Below, piece after piece: positions 28,365 through 41,644 of a DNA stretch of 64,000 bases. The stretch is taken from assembly GCF_041956535.1 (NCBI RefSeq), contig NW_027192194.1, forward strand, positions 341,444 to 405,443. The letters are read 5' to 3'. This DNA is from Calcarisporiella thermophila CBS 279.70. Its lineage: Eukaryota > Fungi > Calcarisporiellomycota. Every line of letters begins with the position of its first letter. Position 1 is the stretch's first letter. The translations under genes were made by a program, and so were the position numbers. Below the pieces are notes generated by a model. It saw only the letters and a list, made by a program, of their open reading frames with translations. It made no database searches and was not told where the DNA came from.

Positions 28365-30345
28365 CTAACGGTGATCACTTATGTTCTCACGATCAATAAT
28401 ACCAGCCATGGCCAGGATCTCTCTTTCAATTTCAGTGTCTGCGCGTCTTTGTCGAGTGCTTGCTCGCCTCTCAGCTTCTCTTTGTTCAAATTCCCAGGCC
28501 AAGAGCTGCCTTCGTCGTGCATCCTCGCCAGCAAGTCCGAACACCTCTACCTCTAATATTTCGAAATAATATGCGAGGCTGTGCTGCTGCCCGAGTTGGT
28601 GCTGGAATTCAGAAGCGACAAATCCATCCAGTTCGCCAGGAAGATTATCAACAAAGGTGCCTGCCTGAAGAGAGCTGTTCATGGAGAATCGTCCCCGGGG
28701 AGGCGTTGAGTCCTGGGAGGAGGAACGGCGTGAAGTAGGCAGAGCACTATGTAATTTTGGTTTATTTGACCCGCCAAATCGTATCCCAGTTTCCATATCA
28801 CAGTGGATATAATCGGCTGTACTGCCAGAAGTGGGAAACACTTCAAAGTGCGGTGCGAGTTCAATCAACAGAGTATCGCTGCCTGCCCACCCGGCTCCAC
28901 TTTTCGACGATCGTTGCCAAGGTGAAGGAATGTAGGCCGCAATTAAAATAGTGCCCTCATTCGGGCTGACACGGGTATCTTGAGGTGCAATTGCTACGGA
29001 TCCATTAGAAAAATCTGCAGGCGAGCTAAACGAGCTAGGATGTGTAGGGGAGAGTGGGGAGCTACGTGTATCTTCGAGTTTTATCTCCCCCATAACCAGT
29101 AGCAAAGTAGGTCCAGGGTACTGAAACACATGCTTCTCAAACCGATTCATACTAAATCCGTGCTTCTCCCCGGAGTATAAGCGGTGCCAATGGCCATCGT
29201 GCACCACTTTTGTAGGAAGAGCCCAGGTAAGTAGAGTTGTATAGAACGGTGTGAGTATGTCACTCTCATCAATCTTGGGAAGAATCGCTTCAATCATCTT
29301 TGGCGAAAGGGCTGTCAGGTTTCCAAGAAGAAATTTTTCATACAGAAAAGGTGCCAGTACGTCAAACAGATTGGGAGCGTTACGCGTGTACCACTTCGAG
29401 AATGTCGCCCAGTCGAGAGTCAGGAGCTCTTCGCACTCCGGGGTGGATACTCGATTCACTCTGGAGAGCATAAAGCTTTGCACAATGAAAGCCAACCTTG
29501 ATCTGCATTCATTAGAGAAAGAATGCTTATGCGAACTTTCACTGTCGTCAGGAGTCTGGTTAGTGGAGCGTGATTCAGATATCCATAATAAAATGGTGAG
29601 AAGCTCCGTCAAATCACTACATCGCACACAAATAGAATCTGTATTCTCGATTGTCGTCTTATCCTCCTCATCAATTTCACGATCCTCAAAAGAAATCCCT
29701 AGATCCTTAAGTCCGAGTCCCGACGGTTGATGAGGAGCCTCCTCCTGGCTCATCTGCTCAGGTGTCTTTTCTCCAATTACTGGATTTTCTGTTCTCACCG
29801 CATAAGGTGGAGAGGAATGAACCACTGCGATGCTGTCAAATATCAGGCGATTTAACTCGTTTTCCGGTACTATATCCTTTGCTTTACCACAGAGGAGGGC
29901 GAGTGCTTTCGCGAGCGAAGTCTCAGAGAGTGGCACCGGACCCGTCTCTGCAAATGAGGGGTATGAAGCTAGCGCGATGAATATTTTGTAGAGGAGCGAT
30001 CCGCCAACAGCAAGATCATTTGGCAATTCTAGATATTTCTGTAACAAAAAACGTTAAGTGATAGCACATTAGAGCATGCAAAACAAACTTACAACAAAGG
30101 CAGGCTCTTCCAAGCATTGAAATCCATCTGAGAATACAGTTTTTAGCTCATCAAATGTCTGCTTCAAAGCATGCCGTTCCACAGGCTTCAACTTCAGCCA
30201 GAATTAAAACATTAATCAATTTCATTGAAAGAGCACATCATAAATGCGGAATGGGTACTTTTTTCAACAATCGACCCGTCATGAGCTCATTGGCGCTGGA
30301 AGTTGGAGTAGAACTTGATGGTTCAATACTTGATCGCTGACCCAT
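28365..30345 (-). CDS. RTC5: TLDc-domain protein Rtc5/MEAK7-like
   Basis: MG start (myristoylation-like), LYSGEKHGFSMNRFEKHVFQYPGPTLLLV, EVEVFGL, AWEFEQREAERR, EREILAMAGII. Confidence 0.85.
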
Positions 30346-31858
30346 TATAAAAATCGTATGTGAGAACTACGTGAAATAAAAATGGAACGCATCCCGCCAA
30401 GATAAATTAAAAAGGAAAATAGAATAACGAAACTACCCTCCTGCCAGTCTGATGCAGAATTCCAATTGGATACGGCCCGAGGACGGTTGAAAGGTATATT
30501 AATCGAACCTTTTTGAGGGAAACCGCGAAGGTTTAGCCTTCTAGGCCCCTGGTAGCGAAATTCAATAGCTAACGGTTGTGAAGCAAAAAGGCTCTTAACC
30601 TCTTTTTCACGCATCCATATTCTTTTGCAGTTGTTGAAACGCCTAAACATGGGTTTGGTTTGAAGGGTAAACAACACGTGTTTGCCTTTCTCCTAGGCCA
30701 AAGTTGTCTTTTTTCAGCCAGGCTGTGGAGTCAAACAGTTACAACCACCACCTGAGTATATTGAAAGGAAACTTTGCAGAATTGTATCAGATAATTACTC
30801 TAAATTTCTGGAGAAAGTGCAAATGAGAGATGATAGAGATGTTAATGCGTTGGTTTTGACTCGACTACATTCGCCACTTGGAAAGGTATAGCGCGGTAGT
30901 AATGAGCTGATAAAAATTTCACGTACTCATTCGCAAAGTGAATTCACAGTTATTTCTTTGGCCCCCGTCCATTTCTATTTATAAATGGCGGCAACCATAA
31001 ATTAATACTCTTTACAACGCAAAACTTCAGATTGGACTGATACTGAATCGAAATATTTCTACGTCTGGCAGCGAAATTCAGTAGGAAATTAAGACATAAT
31101 TACCAACTATCTTGCCTCCTACCCCCCTAATCGGCCATTCCTAATTTTCAAACAAGTACTGTATTTCCTCCGAGGGCATGAGTAAGAAAGTGAATTGTGA
31201 GGGCTCCGTCCCTGTGGCTGTGGAGATGTAAGAGTTTGCGGATCTACCTGCAAAAACATTGTTGTATGACTCCTATTCTCGTAAGGAAATATGCAACCCC
31301 CACGTTTTGTATATCCACACCCCATGTGCGCTTTCACCCTATTTCGGAGCCGACCCGTTTACAATACGGTCCCAGAGGAAATAGATTCTCGAGAAAAGAG
31401 ACTTGCCAATAGGGAAGTCAAAACGTGGTTTCTGTAGGTTCCAGAGTTGGAACCACAGAAACCGGATAGAGCCCCATACTTTATGCTCTATGCAGCGAAA
31501 TTATAGCCAAACAGTAGTTTGGCCACACACGCGCCCTATCTCTTTACCAACTCGGTCGCGCAGTCCTTCCCTAAGAAAAATCCACCAAGCTCCCTTAAAC
31601 AACTCTTCTATCTTTAGATTTCGCTCGATTCCACCATCATTCCTCGGACCTCTCCGAGTCTTTCTATTTAGCTTTATTTTGGACGAATAGGTAAGAGACA
31701 CAGGCTGCGTGGACACTGGAGAAACCTAGGTACGGCTTCATTGTGCAGAGATCGTCTATTTAGCCAGAAAACCTTTTGGCACATAAAGTCAGATATCTTC
31801 GCCCACTTTTTTCGACACTGTTATTCGATATTGCACTATCTTACACTTACCCGACAAC

Positions 31859-33005
31859 ATGCTTGCAGTAAATCCCATTGAGCTAGCGATCAATATTCTC
31901 TCTATTATTAGCGGTTGTCTAATGGTGGTCTTTGTCACTTGGCTCCGGTTTTCGCAGCCTGACGTGGCCAACACCGTGTCTTTTAAGCTCTCATTTTGGA
32001 TTGGCTTGGCGGATGCTATCTATCGCGTAAACATGCTTCCTCTGTTCTCAAAACACAGAACAAAAAGCTCATATCTTTTTCAATTACTAAACTTTGGCAG
32101 GGATTTTTCCTATTACGCCAATACCATGATTTGATGGATAGGGTGCTTCCTTCGAATAAAGCACTGTGCCGTTTCTTTTTTTGGACCATGATCTCAATTC
32201 CTCTATGGTACCATTGAGAAATTTCTTCGAGAGGCTACAAATATTTGAAATGATTTTGTTTTTTATTTTTCTATAAGGTTTGCGTTTCTCACCACTGCAA
32301 TTGCCTTCGACTTACATTTGACTTTCATACTGCGGCGGACAGGGCTGAAGAAGATACAGCAATTGTATTTTCCGGTAGCCTCCATTCTTGCTCTTATCAT
32401 CACGCTACCTGTACTGATTATGGGAAACGTGAGTTGGTCACCTGAACAGGTACCGTGGGAGTCGCTTCTTTGTTTTATGAAACTCGCGCTTATCAAATCC
32501 CGTGCTCACAAACTAGCATCACTTCAATACGGACTGGAGTCCGCTGACTCTTATTCTCACCACCATTTTAGAGAACAACCTTTGGATGTGCATCTCTATC
32601 GTATACTCCACCATCATTGTGATTCTAATCTTGCTGCGCGCTTTGCGATATCTTCGAGAGGTAAAAAATAGCTGCCTCCACATTGATTCGGGAAACCGAC
32701 ATTCTGAGCGCCGTTTGGTATTTTCTGTTCTACGGATCTTGCTCTATCCCCTCGTGCTCGTACTATGCCAATCTGTTTCATCATTTCAGGCTTGGATCGC
32801 AACCCTAAACAAGTTTTCGCACCCAATATACCGGCAGCTCTTCCGAGTTGGAGCCATAACTACAGGGTTGCAGGGGGTGCTAAATCTGCTTGTTTTCTTC
32901 ATCAATCCAGCGTTTGTGGAGGCGATGGGCAAATTCCCGCCCTTTTCAAGGACGAAATTGCCTAGAGTTCAACCGGGGGACGAATCTAAAGACCAAGCGG
33001 TTTAG
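31859..33005 (+). CDS. 7TM GPCR, cAMP-receptor-like/Git3-like class
   Basis: Seven hydrophobic segments after removing 3 introns; SFKLSFWIGLAD, LCRF..LTTAIAFDLH, RILLYPLV, GLQGVLNLLVFFINP. Confidence 0.8.
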
Positions 33006-33678
33006 CAGATTTGGAAATTTTAGAGAGTTGCATGGAGATAGCGGGGTGTTAAGACTATTTCGCATATGCAATGGTGGCATACTACATCGATGATCACATA
33101 GCTTAACGGAACCAGCTTATGCACGAGGTTGAAAAATAAATTAAGCTGAAAAAAGGGACAAGCGTCAGGCCGGGATCACTCATATATTATTATTCTATAT
33201 TGGCATTTGTAGTATAATTTGTTTCAATAACAGCTGAAGTTTGGCATTGCTCTTTCAACTCGAATTGATGGGATTTTCAATGGAGTTAATTAGTTTTCAA
33301 CTAACTGCTAACATGAAGATTTTGAGAGAGAAGAGCACTACTTGTCTCAGCTCGAGATCGATTTCGATTCATTTGAACCAGGTAACTATATGCTAACTAC
33401 AGCATAGGCATGATAGAATACATACATAATAAAACATGGCTTTATATTCTAATGATCAAGTTTTATTAAAATTTTTAATCGATTCATGCTAAGTGTATTC
33501 TTATAATATATTCCATATGCCTGTATGGGGTGAATCATTAAGAATAGAATAAAAATATATGGCCGAGATTGTGGTAGAGCCGGTAGATCGAATGATTGAA
33601 TTCGGTCAACTTAAAATGCTCCATTAAGCCACACACATATTTTAAGATTCTTGCGGGAAAAATAGTACAGCTCATCCA

Positions 33679-34241
33679 ATGCTCCCTCCATTTATCGAAG
33701 CGTATCTTCCTCCAGCAGAGGATGGCTGGCTTCCGCGCGCCATCCTCTTCGTGTCTGCTCTAGCTTTTACCAACACAGTTGGCAATTTTGTAAATACAAG
33801 ACTTTCTCGGGAATGTTACGATGTGGAAGCTCGCTCCGGGAAGATAACTCCTCTTGTGTCCCGGCTCTTCGGGACCTGGACCGTGATGTCGGCTGTGGTT
33901 CGCGTGTACTGCGCGTATAATATCCGGAACAAGCCGTAAGTAAAGGGATGCCCTCATCAGACTTGCGAGCCGTTGATGTTATATAATTTTCTTATAGGAT
34001 CTACGATGTTACTATTTGGTCGTACGCGATTGCATTGTTCCATTTTACCTCTGAGATGTTCGTGTTCCGCTCGGCCCAATTGAACCGCGCGACTATGTGG
34101 CCATGCATAATTGCCTGTAGGTTTTCCAGCACTTTTTTTGTTATGCACAGTAGTTCTGATCTTTCTTGTTTAATAGCTTCACTGCTCTCGTGGATGGTGT
34201 ACGAGTACGAGAACTATCTTGGGGTGCCCCTTGTTCGTTAG
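33679..34241 (+). CDS. ERG28: Ergosterol biosynthesis scaffold Erg28
   Basis: LPPAEDGWLP..LFVS, TPLVSRLFGTWT..SAVVRVYCAYNI, FHFTSEMFVF; two introns. Confidence 0.93.
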
Positions 34242-34338
34242 ACTGATCACCTCTATCTTTTATTCTCTTTTCTGCTCTATTTAAGGCCACAATAAAGGGA
34301 TAGATTCATTTAATTATCTACTAGTTGTCTCGATAAAT

Positions 34339-35462
34339 TTAATGCTTAATAAACTCCTCGACATTCAGCTCCCCTCCCGTCTCAAGGGTGACATGATTTG
34401 CCGGGAAATACCCCTCGCCTCTTGAGGTTTTTCCCCTCCACCATTCCCCCTCTCGCTCCATCACCATCACCGCTTCACCCTTTCGTAATGGGAGCTCCTG
34501 AGGGCCACGGGAAGCGAAATCGTACAATACACGAGCCTTGATGTCCGGCTGGGTGGAGGAGAACGGGGAATTCAGCTGTCGACGGGAGCGTGTCATTCGA
34601 GCAAGTAGATATGGGATTCCAAGCACCAGCGCTATTGTTATCCACCCTCTTCCCCCACTTCCTCCGCCCTCTCCTCGTCCCGGATCTTCGTGTGGACCAT
34701 TTCCCTCCCCACTCTGTTCCCCATCGCCGTATGTACGTGGAGGCGGCTGAAGTTCCGGTGGGATCTCTCTTCCCCTTAGCTGTAGAAGCCGTCTCCTACA
34801 CCATCTCCAGATCGCAAACAGACCTAGTCCGCCAAAATAATTCCTTACAATTCCAAACTGCTCCGCCACACCCACCATGGCCATGAATGATGAGTGGGTA
34901 GCGAAAAATGTGGATTCGAGCATCTGAGCGAGGCCACTAAATGCGGAGATAACCTGTTCGAGAAGGTGGAATGTCGTTCCGATTCCGGGATCCATGTCTG
35001 GTGGTTGATTATATCCCATGCGGTTATAAGGTGAGTAAGAATAAGAGCTAGAATAAGGAGAGTAGTAGCTGCTGGAGAAAGGCGAAGAGTAGCGTGAGTA
35101 TGTGGAGCCAAACGGTGAAAACGTGGAATTGTATCCGTAGCCCCCATAGCCGCCATAGCCGCCATAGCCCGTCCCGTAGCCGCCATAGCTTGTCCCGTAG
35201 CCGCCGTAATTTGTTCCATATCTACTATACCCATTTCCATAATCTGTGATATGCGGATTAACGAAAGGTTAATGAGCGAAAGAGTAGGGTAAGAAAACAT
35301 TAAGGGCTTAGGGTAATTACTTGAACTATAGGATAGGTCCATATTAGAGGGGCGTTCTGGAACGTCGGGGGCCGCGATCTCGGAGTCGCGAATTGGCTCC
35401 GCATCGGAAATGGCTGAACTATTGGCTCTCTCCCATGGTTTTGGTGGCGATGGTATTGCCAT
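34339..35462 (-). CDS. PEX13: Peroxin 13
   Basis: SPPKPWE, YG-rich repeats, TFHLLEQVISAFSGLAQMLESTFFATHSSFMAMVGVAEQF, C-terminal SH3 (ARVLYDF..ELPL..WWRG..GYFPANHV). Confidence 0.95.
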
Positions 35463-35806
35463 TAGATGTTTATTTTTTCATATGATGAGGGAGGGATAAT
35501 GAAATGCAAGTTGAGGGTACAATTGCCACCGATAATTTATAATAACCAATTCAGCTTGTTGAACGAACGGAAGTGTTGAATATACACACATTATTATAGG
35601 AAAATGAAACGAAGCTATAAATAAGAAAAAATTGCCAAGGGATAAAATCATTTGAGAAAAAAACTAATATACACAGGAATAAATTCAGGAAAAAGTGTTC
35701 TTGCTCTCAATAGTAGAAACCAATTTCTAATAAAAAGTGTCAAACATGTATATAAACCAAAGAAAAAAGTCCGTGGAGGGTAAATGCAGCATGCGGCGGC
35801 ATTGTA

Positions 35807-38735
35807 CTATTTGATCTTGGCCAAAAATTCCTCTGCTCTCTTGCGTACTTCCGCCCACTTCCTTCCAGGTTCGTACGCGTTTGATTTGACTCCCTCCATC
35901 TCTGTCGCCTCCACGCTTGGAGCTCCATTCATCACGACCACGCCCTTGTCCCTTTCCGCCAATTCATCCTTCTTCGCCGTTGCGTCATACTCACAACGCC
36001 ACGCGTGCAATCGCTGATGAACTTTCTGTTGGTACAGTGCGATTGAGTTGAGTTGCCCGGGGTGTTTTGCAAGGAATTGCGGAGACGCGTCGGCGTTGCC
36101 CAGAGAGATGGCCATTCGTTCGAATAAACGGTCGACGAGCAATCCCCAAACTTTATCAAGCGGCACCCGGTCTAGAAATGATAAATAAAAAAAGATCAGA
36201 CCAGTAACGAGCCCAACGGAAATCACTCATACTACCTCCTGCAAAATACTTTTCTATCTCCACTGACACCAAATCCTCCTCTCCTATTGCCCTAGCGAAC
36301 TCCCTATACACCGCTCCCAGTATCTGGTTTGGCTTCAATCCCTTTTCAATGTAGGTGGAAATGTCCAATGTAGGCGGAGAAATCTCAAACTGCCTAGCAA
36401 ACCAAGCTTCAAACTGCTCGGATTCCATTCCTTGCACTTGAGATCCGAGAGCTCGTGCAATTCCTTGAACCATTTCGTTATAGAGCTCCATTAGCATGAC
36501 AGAGGCGGTGCCATGACCGATTAAAAAGTGCGAATCATCCGCACGAGGAAGGATTGCAGCGCATTGTCGTGCAGTCCATTCGAAGAGAAAGCGAAATTCT
36601 TCAGCGAACTCGTGGAAATTAATACGCTTTGGGGCCGCGGGCACCTCGCTTGACGTGAAACCAAACCAATGGAGTTCATGTTCAAACTGGAGATTGAGCG
36701 CTCGAGCGTAGGCATTTTCATCTAGGAGAACGAGTTGGTCATCTCCGAGCGCTCCTTGGAGTCGGAAGGTTTCCAATTGCAGCCATTCAGAATACTACCG
36801 AGAAGCACGGCGCCAAAAAAAAAAGGAATAAGAATCATTTCTAAAATGGGTTATGTATTGTTGCAGTCACCTTGTCTAAAATTGTTGCGGTATTGTTCCT
36901 GGTCTCTCTGGATGTCCACGCAACCAGCATGACGGGTATCTTTCGGCCTCTACGACTATTGAATTGTTCCATCATAGTCTTGAATTTCGAACATTCGCCA
37001 GACCAATATTCGCTATTCGATCATAAGCAAGCTCAGCACTAAAATAACTTGAGTGAATCGCGCTTCAATTGAGTTTACCTCCTCTTTTCAAGGCTAAGTG
37101 TGCCAGGCGGTATTGCGGCCAGCTCGTAGATAATTGCAGCAGTTTCCTCAATTGCATCCTAGCATAATGGGGCACGTAATAAGGAAAAATATCAATCGCG
37201 TCGCGAAAGCAGGTACTCACCTCGCTCAAACCTATTTCCTCTTTCCTTCCAACTTGTACAATCACATCCACCTTCTTTCCAGAGTCTGTTCGCTCATTCT
37301 GCTGATCCTCTCCCATAAACTTATCATGGAGCCAGCGACCATGCTTGTTTCCCTTGTCTTCGGCTAGGGCAACCACAAGCCGCCAATGAATTCTGCCGTC
37401 CTCTCGCGCCGATTGGACTCCGCGATAGCGTGGCTCAATGTATTGCTGACGAAGTAGCGAAAGATTGATAGGCCTACGCATTTCTTGAGCCTCGCCAGCC
37501 GTCTACAGAAACATTTCAGATTGCGGTGAAAGGAAAGTGGCCAAAATCTAGTGCTGCACCCTACCTTTTCAATATACTCGGCCAGTGCTTTATCTCTGTC
37601 TTCGTGTGTCACGCCCAGGTTCTTCTCCAATCCGTACACCATCTTTCTTGGCTCCGTTGCTGGAAGTCTTAGTGCCCCTGCTGCTTTGGCCTGCATCTCC
37701 GGGGTTCTAAATATCCTAGGAGGTGGGAGAGAATCAAGCGAGAAGAGTCTTGTTCGCTTTCGCTCCAACTCAGTCTCATGTTCCTGTCGTTGGCGTTCTT
37801 TATGTGCACGACGCCGGGTCTCAGCCTGCTGGCGCATAGCTTCTACGACCTTGGGTCCCAGCTCAGCAAGTTCCTCATTGGCACGAGGTGATATAATTTC
37901 GTCCAAGGGAGCGGGGGGACGAGAGGTTGCAGGGGTGACTGGTTCATGAGCGCTTCCGTTCAACGGAGCCGAGGAGCTTGGTCTCTGAGGCGTTTGCGGG
38001 AATATCTTATCAGCTTCCACAGAAGGCTCTAGCACCTTTGTATTTCTCTCGGCCTCTTCTCGATCTCTTACGCCTGGAAGATTCAGGCCTTTTTCTTCAT
38101 CAGTTGTTTTCGCTTTTTCCTCCTCCTTCTCTTCCTCCTCCTCCTCTTCATCCAAGCTCTCCTCATCCAAATGATCAATAATGTGCTGACAGGTATAACT
38201 TGGTCTGATCACGTATGAGCTGGGCTTAACTTCCTTGTATTTGATCTCTCCCCCATTTCCTATCGTCTCGGACACCTCAGGCGCACGCTTCTTCAACACC
38301 AGCTGCTGATACCACTCCGGTTGTTCAGAGGGTGGCGGTGGCGAATTGAGATAGACTGTATTCTTATAGTGAAGTCGGATACGACCTGTAGAGGTGAAAT
38401 CACGATCCGCGCCTGAGGGCGTTGAGGGTTGATTAGGGAGATCCGCGGTCAATTCCGGGGTGGTTTGCGTGGCAAATTCTCTCGTTGTTTTCGTGGCGAC
38501 CGGGGACGTGGGTTGCAGAGAAGGTGCCTGACTGAATGGTTTAGTGGGAATAATTTGGTCAGGAGCCACTGGTTGAAGAGTTGGTTTTGACGAGTTTTCT
38601 GGTAATTTCGCCCCTAGCCGCGACAATATGGAAGATTTCTCAGCTGGTATTTGCACTGGCAGTGTTTGACCATATAGAGGAACAGTCGCGTTGAGAAGAG
38701 CTGGCTTTTCTGGCTGTTGTTGTTGCTGTTGCTGT

Positions 38736-38767
<32 letters not shown>

Positions 38768-41178
38768 TAGGAAATTTGGCGTGGAAATTGGTTGTAATTG
38801 ATTTAGAGACTCTTTGTCCCTAGTAGCCACGACGCCTAATTGTGTTTGAGATGCAGAAGAGGTCGGGAATAGAGGTGCAATCTGGGGGGGTTTCTGGTTT
38901 AATGGCGGTGCAAAAAGGCCAGTCGCGGTGGCTAAGGTTGCCGGGACAAAAGCTGAGCTAGGGGTGCTTGTGGCGGGAATGTGCGAAAAGAAAGATGAGG
39001 GTGCGGTCGAGGCCTTGTTAGATGGCTGCAGAGAAGAGGGTTTGAAGCTGAATGCAGAACTGGATGATTCGGTGACGGGAGTCACCTGTTGAGCGGTTCC
39101 AGCGGCAGGTGCAAAAAACTGGGAGGTTTGCGGTGGGGGTGCAACACCGTGCATCTGGAAGCCAGAGGGGGCGGGTATGGCCAAATTTGTCGCTGGTTTT
39201 TGGAACGGGGGTGGCTTCTGCGCAAAAGCCGAGGAGAAGTGGGTCGTTTCGGGGGTAGATTGATTGGGCGGAGGAATCACTGGACGCTGCGGGAAAAATG
39301 ATGGTGCGGCAGGATTCAGTTTTACACCCCCAGTAGCTGCGCTTGTAAACTTTGTCATCTCTACTCCGTTGATAAGCTCAGGATACGAATGTTGACGCAT
39401 TGCGTCAATGAAATTGCAACGTCGCCGGGGAGGGGGCAAGACCTGGTCTATATTCGATACAATTAAATTAGCTCTACTCATAGCGATATGAGGCGGCGCT
39501 TAAGAAAAGGGTAGTTACCACTAAACGTAAGCTTGGATTTCTCATCCAACTTCCCGAACAGGACGCTCTTCATTCCACCAAATCCTCCGCCTGTAACCTC
39601 TAGCCCATAGTAGGTGACGAATTCTTCGGCCTCTTCCAGATCGTTGAATTTTAGCATTGACATCAAATCCGCCAAGGGCAGGGCGGCTATTCCACCGCCT
39701 CCAGCAGCACCCATTCCCATCCCCTCCACCATGTAACTCGTGTCCCCAGCCCGATTCAAGGCCCTCAAGGCACTTCGCCTGATTTCGGTTATATACGTCT
39801 GCACTAAGCACGCCATCGTGAATGGAGTTTCGGGGCTGGCGAGCTCGCGTAAAAGCCTTGTGTAGTAGTTTAGACAGTTTTTACAATTGGGAGGCGGATT
39901 ACGACCAACGCGTTCATTATTCTTCTGAATTAGACGAGCGAAGAGCAGAGCACGCTCAAAAATTGGATTTTTCTGGATGCTTTCGGGAAGATATTGGGTG
40001 AGCATGTAGAGTTCTGGGTCGCGGACATGGATGAGAAGGTAGTAGGCGCGAAACTCTGCCTCATTAGGGCATGCGACGCCTTCTACCCGCAAGTCATCGT
40101 AGAATTCTTTTAAGCTCTGTAGGACTGTAGGGTTGAAAACAAAATCGACATTAGCATGCTGAGAGAAGACGATGTAAAATTGGTCTTGGTTAACACTAGC
40201 CTTTACGCGTTTGTTCCAGCTCCTGCTCTTCACTAAATGATTGGTCATCACTTAGTGCGTGCAGACATAAAAGATGGTATCTAGCAATGCGCTCGTGCAC
40301 CTCGACTGCAGAGATATCCCGAATGTTTTGGAGGGTAAAATCCTGGCGAATACCGCGGGTTCGATCCCGAATAAAGCTGTGTGATGAAGCAAGCGTGGGA
40401 TCTTTAGCGACAATCTCGTTGATGAGGTAATCGAGAGTTTTCTATAGATAAAGAGAGGGTGAATATCGCATGATCTTGAGGAAAAAGGGGTAAGCGAGGG
40501 TACCTTTAAGATATGCGGAGGTCGGACATCTGAAGGCAAGGGCTGCTCATTACCAGCGGCAGGGCGATGAAATGTTTTCACAGCGCGGAGGTGGTCAATT
40601 CTTTTCGTACCGTCAATCTATATTTCATATATTGGCAATGAAAGAGTGAGAGATGGTTACAAACCAAAAAAATTGAGTGAAACTTACAGATTCATATTTA
40701 TCCACAAAGCCCTTATATTCTCTCTCCTCTCGCTCATATTCTGGGCACATATCGGTACATGTCCCGACAAAAGTAATGGCGTCCTCCAAACGTCTTGGTT
40801 TTTCAGGATCGTCAATTAATCCGAGTCGAATGGCATCTTTTCGTTGTTCTTCGCGTCTACTTTTCAGCTATAGAATAGAGGAGATCAGATGGATGGTTCA
40901 ATGTGGATTTCTAAGATCAGGTCATCATTTTGATTCCTTTATTGTTTTACCTCTAGGTATCTATTTCCCTCCAACACCTGATTAAATCTTGCATATCGAT
41001 CTTCCTTCGTGACGACTTTTTTCTGAGAGAGATCGCCTTCAAGCGGATCGTCGGGAAGCGGCTCGGCATCGGCGAATCGATGCGTTTCTCCTCCACGCCA
41101 ATTACCGCCACGGCGCTTTCCACGCCATGCAGTGCCTCCTCCCGTTCCGCGCTTTCCACGGCGACCTCCTCGATCCAT
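35807..41178 (-). CDS. SAC3: Sac3/GANP-family nuclear mRNA export factor (TREX-2 scaffold)
   Basis: KRLEDAITFVGTCTDMCPEYE, AVKTFHRPAAG..QPLPSDVRPP, FIRDRTRGIRQDFTLQ, QELEQ, CPNEAEFRAY; long Pro/Phe/Gln-rich middle; ~9 introns. Confidence 0.9.
38714..38767 (-). repeat. CAG/CAA repeat encoding an 18-Gln tract in Sac3
   Basis: Mixed (ctg/ttg)18 on the + strand. Confidence 0.9.
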
Positions 41179-41644
41179 GGTCAAAGACGCGAGATTTGAC
41201 CGTACTAAAATTGAAACAAGGTAGAAACAACAAAGAGCTCTACAGCAATGAAACTGGATGTTTTCTCTCGCCACGTAGAAGAGGATGGCTAGAGGGATGC
41301 TAGAGTATAAAATGAAATAAAATCCTCTATTTTGGCATGCACGATCTACTTCTCGTCAAGCGAAAAATCAAATACGAAATTGAAAATTGGGATAACAGAC
41401 GAGTTTAGGATAGGTGGGATACTTGGATGTGGCTTATAATGGATGGGGATGCCTATCCGTTTTGGATATAGAAGGTAGCCATGTGATATTCTCGAAAGGT
41501 TTATTAGGACCATAATCCAGAACGCGGTGTCAAAGCACCACGTGAAACACGAAATTTTCCAACTTTAATTTAAACCAAGGTAAAATTCCACTTGTCTTCT
41601 CCCAAAGTGTGGACCTCCCCCATCCCATCTCTCCATTCATTTCT

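Noticed and set aside
30345-31716. Short ORFs in the RTC5-GPCR intergenic region
   Set aside because: No coding-like composition, splice structure or transposase motifs.
35138-35207. Tandem TAGCCGCCA repeats
   Set aside because: They encode the normal YGG-rich domain of Pex13.
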